A stretch of DNA of 63,815 bases, the filler included, from Craspedostauros australis (taxonomy: Eukaryota), in the NCBI GenBank assembly GCA_030167865.1. It is 5 parts of 5 records of this genome, joined end to end, with 100 filler letters (N's around TTAATTAATTAA, not from the genome) between each part and the next. Parts side by side here need not be neighbours in the genome. Positions count along the whole stretch, not along the records: positions 32,771 to 61,280 come from JALAGF010000909.1; 4 more parts are not named here. One strand, written 5' to 3'. Below are positions 33,390 through 47,700 of the stretch, piece after piece. The notes beneath the pieces were generated by a model. The model was given only the letters and a program-made list of their open reading frames with translations. It did no database searches and had not been told where the DNA came from. The translations under genes and the position numbers were made by a program. Within the stretch, counting starts at the first letter, position 1. The number at the start of each line of letters is the position of its first letter.

Positions 33390-36095
33390 ATGTCCACCAC
33401 CAACAACCCCGCTTCCCCCTCGGGCCTCACGGCCCCCATCCAATCGGCCTTCCCCACACCAACAACACAAGCATCGACGACTGTGGAAATGACGCAAGTG
33501 GAAGAAGTGGAAGGACCACAACAGTACGAAGAAGGTTCCGAACACCCCGTCGAGGTGGAGGGCATGGACGTTGTGGAGAAGCAGCAGCATGACCAGGAAA
33601 CCAACCTCACGGATGCCGAAAAGCGCATGCAGGAGGAGGAGTTGTCCTTCTACACCAACAGCGAGAATGAGCACGGAGATGACAACATCTGGGGATTGCT
33701 CAGCGGAGTTGGTGGAAATATCTACGAATGGTGAGTGTACAAATGCTGTTGCTGATGGAATTCAGTAGGAAGCATGCTCCTGATATCACTGAAACGGAGT
33801 CTGCTGTCGCTCACTGCAGCGCAATTCGGAAACGCGCAATGCAACAACGTCCATAGCACTCATCATTCCCTCCATCTTCATTTCATGTATCCCCCATTCT
33901 CTCCGATATCCTTTTGCAATCCTCGAAATCGACACAACATCACATTTCATGCAATCGCCACGTACCGATCACTCTGCAGGTATGATTTTGCGGTCTACGG
34001 CCTGCTCGCACCAGAGATCGGCGCCTGCTTCTTTCCGCAGTCCAACCGCGAGCTCCAGCTCATCAACTCCTTCGGCGTGTACCTCGCAGCCTTCCTCATG
34101 CGGCCGATTGGTGCCATCATGTTTGGCGAAATCGGGGATCGTTTGGTGGGACGCAAGTACGCCCTCGTCTTCTCCATTGTCCTCATCACCGTGCCATCCG
34201 TCCTCATGGGTCTCCTGCCGGGGTACGCTACGTGGGGTGCGCTGTCGCCCATCCTCCTCGTGCTGCTGAGAATGCTGCAAGGACTCAGCGTTGGCGGTCA
34301 GTTGGCAGGATCGTACGTTCTGAGCATCGAGCAGTCCAGCTCCGGTGCCAGAGGATTCCGAGGATCCATCTGCGATGCAAGCTCGGTGAGTTGACGGATT
34401 GTCTGATTGGATGGTCGATGCATAGCTGGATTGATTGACTGATGGATTGGTTACGAAACAGAGAAGGTGTAGCCTCTTTACGTTGTTCTTGGTGCTGCTG
34501 TGGCTGTTGTGCCTTCAGACATATCTTCTCACTTGTCACTTGTCTTCCAAACTTCCTCACTCTCGTCACTACAAATCCATCACCCACCACACGCCCATTT
34601 TCCCATCTTCTTCCCTCAGGTCGGTGGCTTCCTCTTGGCCTCGGCAGTCACTAGCACGGTCCGACTCTTCTGCACCAACGAGCAGGTCGATGCATGGGCA
34701 TGGAGAGTTCCATTCTGGTTCTCGCTGCTTCTCGCTCCCATCCTCTTCACGGTCGTAAGCAACACCGAAGAATCCAAGCATTGGGAGGAACGCGCCGACA
34801 ACCGCGACACGGAGAATATGATCCGCGAGGCGGAGCATGTCGAGACCCGACCAGCCGTCCTCGATCTGATGGACTCGCCGTTCCGCCGACGCCAACTCGC
34901 CGGGATGGTGGGTGTGCTGTCCACGGTCACCGGCGCCTTCTACATCCTCTTCCTGTGGACGCCGGTGTACCTTAGCGAACTTCGTGGCCTCATGACGCAG
35001 TCCGATGCGGATCTGCTGAACTTCGTCGTCGTCGGCATCTACATGGTGTTCCTGGTCATCTCGGGACGCGCTTCTGACGGACTGCCGCATCGCATGGACC
35101 TGATCCGAATCGGTCTGCCAGGCGTCATCGTCGCTTGTCCCACCATGTTCGGCATGTTCGAGAGCGAGTCGTGGTGGGGCATCCTCCTCGGTCAGCTGCA
35201 GCTCGCAGCGGCTCTTTCCATGGTGCAAGGCTGCATGGCGGCCTGGGAGGTTGAGCTGTGGATGAATGACCCCACCTTGTCCTTCACAGGTGTGGCCGTC
35301 GGTCACAACCTCGCAGCATGCTTCTTCGGTGGCACCATGCCCCTCATCGCCACATTCCTGTACTACAGGTCGTCCGACATCGTGGCAGATGACAACAGCA
35401 TCTGGTACCAATCCCTGATGCCGCGCATGGTACCGGGCTTCTACATCTCCATCCTCGGCTGTCTGTCGCTCTACTGCGTCACCTACGTCGTGCGTCATCC
35501 TCACGACGTCCGAACCGGGGGGTCCAAGCTCCGGGCGATGGTCGAAAAGGAGAACCTCAAGTACAAATCGAGGAAACCCAGGTCCTCGCAAGGTGAGTAC
35601 CCGTGCGACAATCGCTTGTGGCGGATCTACGAAGTAGTCGACTCTCTGTGAATTTGAATGTGTGCGTGCGAACGCAATCGCCACGAAATACCATCACATC
35701 AAAAATGATAATGCGACTATGCATCGCATCAACGCGCAGAAGGCGCATGGCGAACGGGTGACTTGTTGTCTGTCAGAGTGGATTGTGCACTTGTACTTTC
35801 GAGCTCTTCCCTTCTGACACCGAACGCTGTACCCCATCACGCTCCCATCATACGCTCTTTCCATGCCTGTCTCGCACTCTCTCTTTTACCTGCGTCGTTG
35901 TCCTGTCCGTGCTTGACGATGCAAATGTGCGGTGTGAATGTGACTTGTACTCGTGACATTTCCCAACTCCTCCACTCTACTTGTATCATCCCATCAACTA
36001 AAACATCACTGATTCCCAACTTCACAGAAATGGCAAACGCTGGGACGTACAATCCGCCCGTGACAGCTGCTCCTGCTCAAGGGCTGGACCCATAA
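33390..36095 (+). CDS. MFS transporter, metabolite:H+ symporter (ProP-like proline/betaine) family
   Basis: Exons 33390-33730, 33980-34385, 34620-35592 and 36028-36095, each intron GTGAGT..CAG. Spliced motifs: GNIYEWYDFAVYG, FLMRPIGAIMFGEIGDRLVGRK, RMLQGLSVGGQ, AWRVPF, FGGTMPLIAT. Confidence 0.9.
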
Positions 36096-39000
36096 ACGTT
36101 CATCACGATACTGTCCAAAGGCAGATAGATGGATGGATGAATGAATAAATGGATGCATGCGTGTACTCCTGAACAACTACGTGGTGGCAAGCGCACTTGG
36201 CTTCTAACGCTCCGACTTCCTCTGCTCAACTTATCTACTGCAGCTTGCCGAGGTGCTTGGTGACCTCATCATCCACCCCGCCGGCTGATCAACAGCAACG
36301 GCAACACCCACTCTCTAGAAATAGCACGAATATTTATAGCATTACGAGTACGTTCAACTTGATCTGCACAAGAAAGCCTGCGCTGTGTCGCTGGAGGATG
36401 AAGATACTACTGTTACACTTCTCCATACCGTATCAGTTATTACACGACTTCAACTAGTTGTGTGGGACGAACACCTCTGTCTCCTACATCCGAACAGCAA
36501 GCCAGGCAGCGCGTTGTACAGGAAAGTACTCGCACGTCGGTGCGAAGGGCATTCGTCTTGAAAGTGAAGCGGGTTCGTCTCGAAGGTGGAGTACTTTCGG
36601 GGGACAATCTTGGAGCCTTGATTTTGATGTGGTCCCGCTATCGGTATTGGCACATTTACGACTATTGACCTCACTGTCATTCCTGTGATCCCACGATGGC
36701 AAAAGCGACGCCATTGGCGATGCCGGTCGCGATGGCAACGACAGCGGCAGCGGCAGCGGCAATGGATCGGCTTCACTGACAAAAAGCCGCGGCTGATGGG
36801 AACGCGCTTCGGGAAACTTCCACCAGGACCCTGAGCCTGCGTTCTGCACCTTTGGAGGAGTTTGAACACGATACAAACATCACCGACGAACTGGAACACC
36901 GCTCTCTGAGCTTCTGCACTGGATTGTGCTTCTCGTGCGAGATCGCGCGCAACATCACCAGTATCGCAAAAACAGCACGGCTTCACTCTTTTGGTAGCGC
37001 AACAGGCCATACGCCCACTGTTATGCCATGCTTTTCATGCGCACGCCTTGGGCGCTGGTTTTGTGTGTTGACTTGCTGGCCTGACTGCACAATATGTCTG
37101 GACGAATGTTCCTTATACCTGTGTTCGAGAACACTATGGAGTGCAGGTATAACGAGTGACAGGTACTCAATCGGCATTCCGATGGATCTGCTCGTGCCAA
37201 CGATCAAAATGAATATGTCAGGCATGTATGGGAGCATTTGAAAATCCAAGGACAGCGACCTCGGTTCCGATCTCCTGTCCCTCTTTCCTCCGTTGCCATC
37301 ACGTTGAAGTCCGATTGCACGAGTACGCTGAATGGAATGAGGTGGTGTGATGGCAACCGCACCATTGTCAACTGTTGCCAACAATCAGCAACAATCACCA
37401 ACACCAATCTATCATCATCACCAGCGCCGCCTCCTTGCTGTGGCACGGCACGCACATTACATACATAATAGAATAGTAGAATATATGGAGTGAGACCAAT
37501 ACCAACACCCACATCAACACCCCTGCAGATTCCGGTAACATCACCATCAGGTCAGTTCCAGATCAAACATGGATTTGTCGCGCATTCCTTTTGCGCCCTG
37601 AAAAAGGAGAAAGGAATTTCGCGCCAAAACCACCACCCGCAACCGTGCGTCATTGGATCTTCGACGCAGCCAACCGAGAATACAAGGGTTCTCATCCCAT
37701 CATCTGGTGAACATCAATCAGCGTCCAAAACGAATGAAGTCGGAAATGCGGCATCAAACGGTTCCAATACCCAATTCTCTGATCCATCACTCTCATCTCG
37801 AGAGGCTGGGAATTCCGTCCACAGCTTTGCAGATGTTGTTGTGCGAGCTGGAGTGGTACCACGCTCGTACCTGAAGGTGGTATCAGGCAGGTAGAGGAAG
37901 GAGCGAAGGTACGACAAGGTGTCACTCGGCGCGCAGAAATCGCTTTCCCTGTTGGCCATCAGACAAGAACAGACAAAACACAATACAATCCAACCGCTCT
38001 CGAGAAGCCGGCGAGAGGCAGCGAGGGCATGGCAAAAGTCCACGAACAGACGAACGCACGGATGAATGAACGAGGAAGGCCACTGAACAGGACACCGACT
38101 ACTGTGAACAAGTGGCCTCCGGGCCATATTCAAAGCGAGGCGATACTACGATACCTACAACAGCCACTGTCGCATCCAGGTGAGTCCGCGGCGAGTGCTC
38201 TGTACGATACGAATAACGCTCTGATCATAGGTACTCGCACAGGCATTTGGTGCTTTGCGACAGCGGGTATGTATGGTACTCTGCACAGTACTCTACGAAA
38301 CAGCTGTGTCGGCATGGACGTAAACATGCAAGTACCCGTACGTATTCGTAGAAGATGGAGGAATGCCGAATACACCACGACCATCAGAACGCCAATTTTA
38401 CCGCTCAAAGTCGTAGCAGCGAAGACATGGAGAGCGCACAGGTACGAGCTGCGATCTATCGGCATGGCAACAGGAGCACGTTGCCAAGGATTGGCAATAA
38501 CGCTCAGGGCCCTCTCTCCCTGTCCAACCTTCGGCACGGTCGACCTTCAACGAATTCGAAACGCAGAGACGCACGAACCCTAGCGGGAGCGTGGCGTGCG
38601 GACGACAATAAGTATGGCATAAGTGCTATTGCCAATCTGTTCTGGTTTCCCTCTCTCGTTTTCACGCGCTCTGGCAACACCGATATCCCAAACACTCTCA
38701 TGAACACGGATTCCAGCCAGGCAATCCGGTTCATCCCTGGCTCGAGTACTGACAGTCGCTGAACAGAGCGAGTGGATCCCCCCTCCACGATTTCGGCACG
38801 AAAGGCTACTTGCGTCCCTGGCTGGCTCTGGTGGTCTGGGCCGACTTCGTTCCATGTCCATTCCTACCTCAAGACGCCAGGGCATGCGAGAGCATATTGC
38901 GTACGGATTGATATGGCATGTGCATTTATTTTACCATATGCATCAGTTGAAACTTGCATTTACTTGATAGAATATCTTCTTGGTAGATTGTTAGTCTTTA

Positions 39001-39207
39001 TACAAAATTGACTCCCATTTGCTGTCGTCTGACATCGAGATCTGGCAGAACATCCTCCTTCGATGATACGGATGGCGATGGTGGCAGCGACGATGCTTGG
39101 TGTCCTGTTGAAGTGTTGTGTGTACGTGTGTGCGTGAGTTTTCGCTGCATGCCTCCGGGCATGTCGAGCGGAGATCATTCGCACCACCTGTGCGCATGAC
39201 CGTGGTC

Positions 39208-41785
39208 TTACTTCTGCGCTTGGATACGAGTTCTGGTGACGAGATCTGCCTCTGCGAGCTGCTGCTCCACCCGCATGGCATGCTGTATCAGAATCCTGTT
39301 CTGATGCGCGAGGTAGTTCTGATCCGCCCCGGTGAGGTTCTGCTGTCCCGACGACCGCGAATCCACCGGGTATCCCGTAGCACTTCCGCTTGTAGTGGAA
39401 GATGTGTGCTGGCTGGATCCATCGAGGATGTTTGTGCCCCCGGACGACGATGTCACCGCCTGCACTCCGGCAGATGTCACGGAACCGTGGAACCCATCAA
39501 GGGCAGACGATCCCAGCGATAATCCTGCCGCGGCTGTCGAAGTCGTCATCACGTCGATAGATGGCTTCTTGCCGGCGCCGCCGCTGGATGCCTTCAGTGG
39601 CATCGGAGAGCCTCCCAAATGACCGCTGGCACCGCCCGAGGCAGCCTGATCCCATCCTCCCATCATGGACGATCCCGCGCGAGTTCCCATCATCCTTATC
39701 TCTGCCAACGTCGGCAGCGGCGGCAGGTTTCTGCTCAGCGAATCGGGGCCCGTGTTGGAGGACGGCAACGGGGCCATGCGATCGATCTTGTAGAAGTCAG
39801 GCGTACCCTCAACCTCCTTGCTGTTCTTGGTGGAATCCTTGCCCTTTGGCGGGCGCTTCATCTTGGAGCAGAGGTTGGGCAGGCCCCGCAAGAACATCTG
39901 GTGGCGGAATGTAGTTTGATTGTCGGTTGAATTGAGTTGGGTATGGATATAGTAGTAGCATGGTACGAGCGGAACATTGGCAAGTGGTGAGACGCTGTTG
40001 CTGCTGTTGATCTTGCATGGCGGAGCAGTGTGCAGGTCCGAACGCGGCTGGCACAGGTGATGTGGGACAGTTCAATCCCATCCCGCAGGTTTCTTGTGGA
40101 AGCAGAACGCGAACGCACTCGATGCAGTAGAAGCAGAAGTAGCAGCGGCAACAGCAACAGCGACAGTGCAGGAAACATTTCCGCCAACTTACCTCATGGT
40201 AGTACGCGTTGAGATCCGGGCCTTCCGTGATGCGGGTGAAGCCCCAGCCATTGACCTGTCTCATGAAGGATGCGTACTTGGCGCTTCTGTAGTACTTGGG
40301 GATGACCTTCTCCTCGAAGAGCTTCGGTTTGAGGATCCTCCATGCTCGGCCATGCGGCAGCCATGTGATGCAGTTCTTGTACTCATCCCGCGAGAGGATG
40401 TGATGCAGCTTGACTGGGAACGGCAGGTTGACGTCGAACATGGCATCGTTCTCATCGTCGTTGTTGATGAACGACCTGTGAAGGGATGCCAGACTCATGA
40501 GGTGCGCAGCCGCGCCGTGTCCGGCCTGCTGGTTGGTGTCTGCCGCACCAGACTCGACCTTTCCGCTGTTGCTGTCGCTGGCGCCGGTGTTGCTACCATC
40601 TTCCCTGCCGACGCTTCCGTCATGACAGCCAGAACCTGCTCTGGCATCGTGCTTGGAAGAGCGTTGGCTGTTGTTATTGTTGCTGTTGCCGGATGTCATG
40701 AAGCCACCCATTCTGAGGCGATCATCGTCGTAGTCCCTTCCCATGGCTGATGCCCCACCTGGTGACATGAGGTTGGTGCCGGTGAGGCTGTTGTGGGCAA
40801 AGTCGCGTGCACCACCGGACTGGGTGTTGCCGGAGAACATGCCATGCCTGCGCGAGTCCATGGACTTGGTCGGCAGCGAGCCGCCTGTCAGCGAGACGTT
40901 GTTTCCGTTGTTGTCGAAGACGGAGGCGAACTGCGAGAGGGAGATCGTGGAAGCATCGAGCATCTTCTGCTTGTGCTCCAGCAGGAGCTGCTGCGGCTGT
41001 TGCGACGACTGCTGCTGTGATTGCTGCTGCTGCTGCTGGCTTTGTTGCATATTGAACCCTGATGGTGGGAACGATCCTAGGTTGTTGAGCTGTGAAGATG
41101 TGAACGGGTTCTGTGGCGAGCCCAGCGGGTTGAGGCCGTTGCCCATCATCATGCCGCCGCTGGATGAGTTGAGACCGGCCAAGGAATCTTGGAAGATCGA
41201 GGAGGAGGAAGGACCCGTGCCAGGGGCCGGCGTGTTCGAGAGAGACGGCGCAGCGATGTTCGAGAGCCTAGATAGCGGATCCGTCCCCGCGCCCAGAGTG
41301 GAGCGATTGGTGTTGAAGGGGGACGATGCGCTTGAGATAGGAAGGCCTTGCATGGAAGGGAGGACGTTGCACCCCATTCTCCTGCCGAGTCCTTGCAGGG
41401 CAAAGGCGTTCATGTTGCTGCCGTCGCCGCTGTGACTGTTGTTGTTGTTGTTGTTGTTATTGCTGCTACTGCTATTGTTGGTGTTGTTGCTGGTGCTGAG
41501 GTTGCCACCACCCGCAGCAGCGCTGTTGAAAGCGCTGGCGTTGTTGGCGTAGCCCAGAGACATGGGGAGGCCCAGGCGAGAGTTCTGCTGGCTGTGCAGA
41601 TGCAAGTGGAGGTGCTGCTGCTGTTGCGTTGATGGTTGCTGTCCGTGTTGTGACGATTGCTGGAAGCTGTTCATGGCCGAGCCAGTCGCGTTGTTCATGT
41701 TGTTACTTTCGTCGAAAGCGTCGAGGTTCATGCTCGCATCCCAGGGATCTCGTTGTTGATTCCTGCGTGCCATTTGCAGAGACAT
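39208..41785 (-). CDS. HSF: Heat-shock-factor (HSF) DNA-binding-domain transcription factor
   Basis: Exon 1 is 41785-40193, with a GTAAGT..CAG intron at 40192-39898, then exon 2 at 39897-39208. DBD reads PFPVKLHHIL..ITWLPHGRAWRI..YASFMRQVNGWGFTRI..YYHE|MFLRGLPNLCSKMKR. Confidence 0.92.
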
Positions 41786-44700
41786 GAAAGCTTTGTTCGT
41801 GGATGAAAGGGACAGAGTGAGAGTGAGAGTGAGAGCGAAAGTAGCAGCGAAAGACGGTGGAGGATGTCGGTGATCTGTTCGGACTTGGCGGATGTCTGGC
41901 CCTTTTTCTCTTTTCCTCTACTCGTGGAACGACGTCTCTATGAGTTGATGTTGATGGCCCCTTTGGTTCGTGAGCTGAGTTAGTGACGGTGACTTCGTTC
42001 GTCAGTTCGTTGGGTCTTCGATCGCTGATCGTTGATGAGGTTGAACGTGATGGTCGAGCGCCGGTGCGATTGCGATGCTCCGCTCGTCTTCAATGTTGTG
42101 ACTGCTGTGATCGCTGTGATCGCTGTGATCGCTGTGGTTGATGTTGCTGATGCGGAGTCGCAGAATCGCAGGGTACTCGGTGTGATTATCCTCAGAGGCT
42201 GTATTCTTGTGAGCCGCAAACGGAATGAACAACAGAGAGGAGCAACAACGAAGAAACCTTCGTCAAGGACTGGAAATCAGAAACGGCAAGTTGGCGAGGA
42301 AGCGCGACGTCGTCGGAAACTCGGTTGCTTGGTTCCGATTGTCTTGGAGCTGTTGTTTGTGCTGCTGCTGCTGCTGGGATTGGTGATGTTGTTGTTGATG
42401 CTGGTGGTCTGTGTTGATGTGGTTGTTGTCGTTTGTGATGTCGTCTGTGTTTGATGTTTTGTTTTTGATGTTTTGTGTCCAGGTTTTGTGTCGATGCCAA
42501 GGTTTGTGTTGGTGTCGTCGATGCCACCGTAGCTGCCGCCGTCGTTCACTTTGTATGGATGTGTTTGTTGGCGTTCGTGCGTGCGCGGAAGCGCTGTCGT
42601 TGTCGCAGAAAACCGATTACCAATTGTTTGATGTGGGAAGTATGGGTTGGAGTAGTGCTCGTGGGTGCGGTACTCTGCTTACTCGTGTTGTTTGAGCAAG
42701 CGGCAATACAATGGTCAGAACAGAACAGAAAAGTGACGTCGTTGCAGTGGCGCCAGAGAGGTACTCGTGCTCGTATCCGTATTCGTCGGTGTGGTGAGTT
42801 TAATTGCCGATGTGTGCAGGAAGGGGGTTTAATGAAATTGTGTGGGCTGATGAGCGATGACGACAGTGAGGTGCAGTCCTTCACGTTCTATGCGTGGTCT
42901 CTTTGCTCTTTTGTGATGGATTTTAGTTGTGGTGTTCCGGCCAGGCGCGATGGTGGGTCTGTGTCTCTGTTGGTTGGTCGGTGCGAGGATTGTGTGCGCT
43001 TTGTGTGGCGAAAGAGTGTTGTTGTGGAGCGCCCCAGCATCGGTGTGTGCGATGAAGGTTCGCAGCGCGAATGTTGTGGAGCGGAGAGGGAGAGAGAGGG
43101 AACCAAAATTGCAGAACCCCCCATGCTCCCTGTGCCCGCTTTGAAGTTTCACAAATCGGAACCAACAGGTGCGGTGAGAAGCCGTTGGGACTTTGCCGAG
43201 GGCTTCTATGATCGCCTATGTTTGCGTACATGTTCGGTAGGACATTTTGGAATCGTGGCCATGACATTTTGACCATACAGAGCCAGACAGCAGCACACGT
43301 GATACACGGTAAAGAACTTCGATCTTGGGTCCTTGTGACCTATGCCCTTTCTCCCCCCAAGGAGGTCTTTTCCAACGAGGTTTTTGCTGCAGTGTGTGTG
43401 TTGTGGAAGGAGCTGCGCCTGTGTACCACGAACCAGAACACAATGCAACACGGCAACGTGACCTCAAGCGATACCGTGCTGGCTGCGACGTACTATTGTG
43501 TTATTGCGCGCCAGCACAGAGCGCGCTTCAGTGTTCGCAACCTCCTAGTTTCGCTGTTCCGCAACACCATCGAGCATGGCACTGCACTGCACATCGAGAC
43601 TGGAGGAACTGCAAACAGGCTGCAGCATCAGCGTCAGCCTCAACATCAACGTACACATCGGCGCCAGTGCTCTGTCCAGATAGAACACATGCAATGCTAT
43701 ACCATGGATGTAGGAACGTTCGAGGACGATCGCATACAGCACAACAACACACAACGCTGTCCTGGTCCAGGTCCAGATCCAGACCCAGCTTCAGGCATCG
43801 GTTGAGGATGAGGTTAAATCATGGGATGTGGAGTATTTTCCAACCCCGCATTCCCCAACGCAAATGTGCAAGTCACGTGTGGAGAAATGAAGACGTCCCC
43901 TAAATGCAGGTGTGCTTCGTATTCAACTTGAAGTGTTCGGTATTAAATGTCCGATCACACCACGCATGAGATACTCTTTCTTCTTTGTGGCAAACTCTGG
44001 CATCGCAACAAATACAGCTCGTGCATCCTTCGCTATCCTTTGCTTGCACAACCGGGAAAGTGTCTGAAAACACCAACACGAACACCGATCAAAATAAGCC
44101 CGAATCTCTCACCAATGACGCTCACATTTTGCGTGAATGTGTCGTGTTTGGCAGCCATGTGTGTGCGTGCGCGTGCGCGTGTTTTCTTTGTTTTGCAGTG
44201 GTGCTCCTTCCAGCGATTCCGGATCCAACAAAAACGTGAGAGGGGAGAGCAGATGATGAGAGGCAATCGCATCAAACTCGATTACACATCCATCGCACGC
44301 CACCCAACACAGTGGTTCATGGTTGAGTCATGCCAAGCAGTGGCAGTGGTGTAGCGGTCGCAATCGCAGCAGCAGCAGCAACAAGAAGGACGAAGAGGGA
44401 ACGATCCCTCATTGCAGCGGCACCTGGATGCAGGCACCTGCCGAGCTAAAATGGTGCAGAAAGTCCTTTGCTGAAGGGTGGCGCCCTTCCGATTCGATGC
44501 CGCCGCGGGGGCATCACGCCAGGGCAGACCTCATTGGATCCTCGCCTTGGCAGGCGGTGTTTTCAGTCTGTCGTTCGCCGGTGGGATTGGGTCATGCAAG
44601 CACCGATAGAGCACTGGGAGGAGTATTTGGGAATAGATGACGCTGCATGTGATTGCGAAGCTCTATTCAAACTGAAGCAGAGCGCTCTGGACACGCCACG

Positions 44701-47700
44701 CACGCCGAGAGTTCTCCCGCGGCGGTCCTTCGTGCCAATGGCGTTCTGGTATTCCCATTTGTGATCCTTGGTTGCTGATGCGGCTTCATCTCAGATAGCG
44801 CTGGACGAGGACTACAGAGCGCATCGGGCTCGTCGAGGATGTAATGGTGCGCAGACAGGGAGCAGAACAGGTCGTGCGGGGAAATCACCGCGGAGTATGG
44901 CACTATGCTCCACAATAATGCTTCACTTCGCATCATATCACATTGCAGCCGCTTGCGGCAAAGCGCACCGAACTCCTGCTCTTGCGCTCAGTGTGATCCA
45001 TGGACTTGTTGCGGCGTCGCCATTCCAGGGTTCCTTGTTTCGCAATTGGTGACTGTGACACCGATGGGTACTCAGGTACTCTCCTCGGTTGCCGATGAAT
45101 TCTATTCTACTCGTACTCTGGCTGCACATAGCAATAGTTCTTTTGCTGTCCTCCAACATCACATGGTGCTTCTGCCCTGTTGGCGTCAATGAGAATCATT
45201 CACGCCGGAGAGCGTAACATAATCGCACGCCATTGGAGGTGGCGTGCTCCTTGCGTACTGGCAGAGTGGTAGCGCCAAGCTGCTCTGCGTGGACCTATCT
45301 GCAGAGACAGAGAGAGACAGAGGCACACACTTGGAAGTTGGAGGCATCCCAGGTGAATGGAGAGATTTGGTTCCACCACGGTTCTTCTGCGGCTGCTGTG
45401 GCCACACCCAACGATTGCTCTGTGGCCGGTTGATGAATTGGTGCTTGACGGATTCGTTCATTAGCCCATTCGTTCATTGATCGAATGATGGGTAAGCCGA
45501 CTTGAACATGGCAGAGCAGAGTGTTTCCCATCCATGTTGATGTTTTGACGTGTTGATGTGTTGATGGATGGAGAGGTTAAGCAGTCGATTGATGGGTTGA
45601 TCGATTGATTGGTATTATTGGTTGCAGTTCGCAATCGCCTCCAAGGACGATGCCATTAGCGCGGAGGTTGGTGGAATCGTGACAATAAGACCCATGTTGC
45701 AGTTGCTCGTTCACATCATTGACGCTGGGTTGGTGGTTGTCACAAATGATGGGCGGTGGTGTTGAACTTGATCGTGGTTTGGTCAATGACGAAGCTTCCC
45801 AAAGTCACTCTTTCTCCTTTGTGGCAAGAAACCGAACCGCATCCAAACTGAGGAGAAAACGACTGAGGAGCCAGAGGGCAGGGCAAACGATGACCAAACC
45901 GATGAGGTGAATCCGAACCAGCAGCAACAACAAAGACATGCTCACAAGGATAGCGTGAGAACGGTTCGTTGAGGCATTTCTCTTTGCGTTCTATCCATTG
46001 GATGGATTTGATGCTGCTTTTGGTCGTCCAGCACAGGGGGGTATGTACTCGTCTTCTTGTTGAATTGCGTGAGAGACTTGTAGCCTTCTCGTGCGATCTA
46101 CTCGTATGTTGAGACCGTACGGCATACAGGGAGAGCACCTCGAACCTGTGGTTGGGGTGGTATTCGTGCATTCGCTTCGTTTTTACGCGTCGCGTCACAT
46201 CGCGCCACGTCATCCAGCGCAAAAGTGCTCAATTGCCTTTCACGTCTTCGCCTCTCTTGAAGAATCACGAGGAAGACATGAACGATTGAGCGATTGAGAA
46301 TCGAAGAGTAGAGGCAGCGGCACTGGAGGTCGATGGCTACTTGGTTGGAACGAACGCGGATCTATTACACGATAGTTCGAATACAAGCCGATGCAAGTTG
46401 AAGATGGTCGGCGTTTGCTTTTGTCATTTGTTGCTAGTGCATGGACATTGTGTTGGGTGATAGAGGGAGCCGGGGTAGCGCAACGGAAGTCCAAAGATAC
46501 TTGTGGTGGCTCGTATGTTCCATGAAGGCATCATGATCGGATCGTTGGCGGTACTACCACCAGGTATGGTGGCGTGCGCCATCACCTTGCAGCCGCCTGT
46601 TCCAATACGAGCCACTCATGCCGGAACAGACGGTGTGGTTGACGGCAACGATCAGCATCGAACCTCCAAAACAGATTCGTGCATGAAGCGCTATTCCAAT
46701 AAAGGCATCGGTCAGAGAGAGGGAGAAGTTGGTCTTTCTCTGGAATCGTCTTTGAGCCTTGTTGTCTGTTGTGTTGGAGGAGATAGTGTCACGAACTTCG
46801 ACATGGAGATGCACAAGATGCTCTGTCGGTCTCTCTCGTGCCCGGAAGCTTCCCACGAACGTTCGTATAAATGCTTCCTCTTCTACCCGAAGCAAAGTTG
46901 CTGCTCCTGCTACTCTGGAATACTGTGGTTCGGCAACTCCGGAGGGAAGGATCCAAAGTATCCGTGGCTGTTCTGGGATTGTTTGATTGACCACGTGCTG
47001 CAAATGTACATGCGCATGTGAACGTTTGTGCTATCTCAAGTGCCTTTTCGCCATCTTGTTGGACATTCACCGCAACGCCAGCAGACACAAGGGGTCGCAG
47101 CCGCAACTTGGCGGATTGCCCACAAGTAGAACTTGTTGGAAAGCATAACTGCTTCTGCTTTTGTGATGCCCAGGTGCCGCTGCGAAGTCCTTGTGAGCTC
47201 TTGGCGCGCGAGCACATGGCGACGTGGATGTGATTCCACAGTCGCCGTTCGCCGCGAGGCGTGTCTGGAGCCACCTTCACAAATCAGAAACTTGCGTTCC
47301 GGTATGCTGCCAACCACACCCGCAGCTCGTCCGCATGCAGCCCATAGAACATTCCCAGACCTGCACATCTGACGTGGTAGCTCAACAAAAGGAGCAGCGT
47401 CTATTTGTGCAGAGGAGCGCCATGTGTAGTCGACCCGATTAGTTTTTCCACTCTGGTTCGTGTCTGTGCGAGATTGTCGCAGCCACAGTCTTTCTAATCC
47501 AATGCCACCCGGCCAGGAAGCTGCCGGTTTGGTGAGGCAGTGGGAGCTTTCTCTCCGAAGAAGAGTGGAGCAGCAATCCTCATCCTGTTTGGTGCGTGGC
47601 GAAGCCACGTTCGCCCGACACGCTTTTGATCCCAAACTCTGCTCGTGGAGCATGGTACTTGAGGCGTCGTCTTCGGATCTTGCGTCCATCATCCTCCATC

